Shown here: positions 61,973-64,000 of the stretch, piece after piece
Layout: every line of letters begins with the position of its first letter
Numbering within the stretch: the first letter of the stretch is position 1
IMG/VR virus record: IMGVR_UViG_3300037067_015270
Coordinates: 1 to 64,000 of that record
From: a virus
Taxonomy: Duplodnaviria > Caudoviricetes
DNA length: 64,000 bases
Direction: 5' to 3' (one strand)
The notes under the pieces: model-generated
What the model was told of the DNA's origin: nothing
Databases searched by the model: none
What the model saw: only the letters and a program-made list of their open reading frames with translations
Position numbers and translations under genes: made by a program

Positions 61973-62256
61973 TGAACCGATTGCATCAATATTCTATTGC
62001 CTGTGAAGTAAGTTTCAGCCCCTTTAATTTTCACCTCACCAAATCCACGCGATTCGAGCGTATACAGCAGCTTTTCGATTTCTGGTGTCGTCCCAAACAT
62101 ATTCAAATTTCTAATATCATTTAATGATATGATTCCATTATCAGATGCTCTGGCTATCACAACAAATAATTTCTTCGCCACAAATGGTAATTTGCTAAAG
62201 AGCTTGGCTTGCGCTCCAAGTTTGCTCTCGACAATTGGTATCTTGATTGTTCTCAT
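61969..62256 (-). CDS. small winged-helix-like hypothetical protein
   Basis: MRTIKIPIVESKL...LYTLESRGFGEV; stop overlaps the next start. Confidence 0.5.
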   Translation of the reverse strand: MRTIKIPIVESKLGAQAKLFSKLPFVAKKLFVVIARASDNGIISLNDIRNLNMFGTTPEIEKLLYTLESRGFGEVKIKGAETYFTGNRILMQSVQ

Positions 62257-62277
62257 AGCATTATCTACCAGATACGA

Positions 62278-62322
62278 CAAAGGCGACAGTATACGAGTAT
62301 CAGTCGTTATCTGTCGCCTTTG
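62278..62322 (-). terminator. 12-bp hairpin after the large acidic gene
   Basis: CAAAGGCGACAG / CTGTCGCCTTTG. Confidence 0.5.
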
Positions 62323-62332
62323 GCGCGGTCGA

Positions 62333-64000
62333 TTATACTCGTCGTGGAATCGGTCTTCGAACAGGTTCTGGTTGATCGAAGTCGAAATTGTCGATTTCGT
62401 CATCACCTCTAACGCCAAGATCTAGCTCGGGCGACACAGCAGATCTCATATGGCCACAGCCATAACACTGACCTTTCTCATCAGGCGATTCCGATGAGCC
62501 GCAATTTGGACACATACTGCCTTCTGGGTCGATAGATCCAGGAGATTCAGCATTATATTCTGGTTCATCGTCACCAAATTCATCAACTGTATCTGCTTCA
62601 CCCCCCATACCATAATCATCTATACTACGTCTATCTGGGTCAAATCCACGATAAAATGCTTCACGTTCCGGAGTGTGAATTGAGGTACCCCACGCCTCGG
62701 ACATCGTTTGGAAAGCCCTTTGGGCGACCGGCCAGCTAAATGGCCCAACAACCGCAGCACCCCAGTTATGGTTCTTGACACGGCAAGCAACACCCTCAGA
62801 GACTACGCGATCAGCAAAGGCATTCGCAACTTTCCCGGTCTTGAACAGAATCTTGCCTTCACAAGCGATAGGGTCACGTTTCTTCATCTTGGCTAACGGT
62901 AAGCGATGGCGGTAAATGATTGTCTTCTGATGGGGCATTGTATATAGAGCCTCAAGAACAATCTTGCTATTACCACATGCTTGCGATAATTCTTCAACAA
63001 CCGCTAATGCATCCGTTAGTGCAGAGAAAGTAGCTGATGCCCCTTCCGTTTTCACGCCAAAATGGACAGTATATTTCCCGGCACGGCCAATTTTCTTCGC
63101 ACCATTAGCAATTGCTTCTTTCGCAACGCGAGACAGCTTTAGGATATTCTCCTTCATGGTCCCGCTACCGCCTTTAAAAGCAGCTTGACCACCCGTATTC
63201 TTCATCTTGGGTTTCAATGGAGTCTGCTTGCCTGGGACTTCGCTAGTTATACCATCAGATGCTGTACCAGACGTGCTCTCACAAGTTTCTTGTGGAGGAA
63301 TAGCAGTCCCCAGCTCTCCCTGACCACTCTTCGTCTTGTCTGTTGTGTAGAAACCATCCTTATTGGCTTTGGCGTCTTCACCATTCATTCCGCCAAGTTC
63401 ATCACTTTCACGCAGGAAATCACAAAGCATACAACCGTTCGCATCCAAGGTTGTACCACAGTGTTTGCATCGCCCTTCTTTTACTACGCGACCACGACGT
63501 CGCGACTCAGTCTTAACGACTTCCTTTGATGGATCTATCGCATTCTTTTCATCATCTTCGCGGCCCTTCATAGCAACAGACGTTGCTTTCCCTTTGACAG
63601 CAGACCCGATCTGCTTCATCATATTGCCGCTTTCCGGCGATCCGGTTTCATCACCAATCTCAGAATCTTCACAGACCTCTTCTGTTTCTTCTTCGCCGCC
63701 CTCTTCACCTTCTCCATCAAAAGGGAGGTCACCCTCTGCTGCTTCGTCTTCTGGGGTTTCGGTTGATTCATCATGCCCAGCGATCAAATTAGCAGCTCTT
63801 CCAAAATCAACACTTATCGCTTGAAACACATCAGCAAGATCATCAGAAGCAGGTTCAACTTCGATACCTTGTTCAAATTCACCAGGTATCTCGGCAACTC
63901 CTTGTTCTGGTGATCCACCCTGTTCTATGTCTTGCTCTGGAACTTCTGGCGGTATCTCGTCATCTTCCTCGACTGGGACGTCGGCAACCGCACCAGATCC
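62333..64000 (-). CDS. large acidic protein (candidate head/core protein); 5' end outside the window
   Basis: Frame stays open from 63829 to 64000; many [VLM]-x-E motifs and two CxxC ribbons. Confidence 0.7.
   Translation of the reverse strand, partial: GSGAVADVPVEEDDEIPPEVPEQDIEQGGSPEQGVAEIPGEFEQGIEVEPASDDLADVFQAISVDFGRAANLIAGHDESTETPEDEAAEGDLPFDGEGEEGGEEETEEVCEDSEIGDETGSPESGNMMKQIGSAVKGKATSVAMKGREDDEKNAIDPSKEVVKTESRRRGRVVKEGRCKHCGTTLDANGCMLCDFLRESDELGGMNGEDAKANKDGFYTTDKTKSGQGELGTAIPPQETCESTSGTASDGITSEVPGKQTPLKPKMKNTGGQAAFKGGSGTMKENILKLSRVAKEAIANGAKKIGRAGKYTVHFGVKTEGASATFSALTDALAVVEELSQACGNSKIVLEALYTMPHQKTIIYRHRLPLAKMKKRDPIACEGKILFKTGKVANAFADRVVSEGVACRVKNHNWGAAVVGPFSWPVAQRAFQTMSEAWGTSIHTPEREAFYRGFDPDRRSIDDYGMGGEADTVDEFGDDEPEYNAESPGSIDPEGSMCPNCGSSESPDEKGQCYGCGHMRSAVSPELDLGVRGDDEIDNFDFDQPEPVRRPIPRRV

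Noticed and set aside
1-64000. Alternative genetic code (stop-codon recoding)
   Set aside because: Long genes are intact under code 11, and TAA, TAG and TGA all end genes at sensible positions

Overview
This window looks like part of a large (jumbo) tailed phage genome using the standard genetic code. It carries giant collagen/discoidin fibre proteins, baseplate-type structural genes, many acidic putative head proteins with [ILV]-x-E motifs, and nucleotide-metabolism genes (tmk, dut, adenosine deaminase, NUDIX). A RimI-like GNAT, a Cys-rich secreted protein and extracellular repeat domains hint at a Planctomycetota host (inference). The standout is a minus-strand locus at about 13.9-19.1 kb: (1) two tandem Cas12f-like genes whose RuvC catalytic residues are substituted and whose C-terminal Zn-finger/RuvC-III is missing, so they look naturally nuclease-dead; (2) two CRISPR arrays with 36-nt repeats and irregular 7-30 nt spacers, plus degenerate arrays; (3) three copies of a ~95-nt structured tracrRNA-like gene with a split anti-repeat, one of them fused directly to a repeat end and spacer as an apparent natural single-guide RNA; (4) isolated mini-repeats up to 20 kb away, one sharing its seed with an array spacer. 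No cas1/2/4 genes are in the window. The pattern suggests a phage-encoded RNA-guided DNA-binding (regulatory) system rather than an immune nuclease. Other notable items are a ~149-nt minimal tmRNA-like gene, a 795-aa expanded sigma70-like protein, and two Vsr-endonuclease/Mom-like fusion genes. All family assignments are from motif recognition by eye; no database searches were run.
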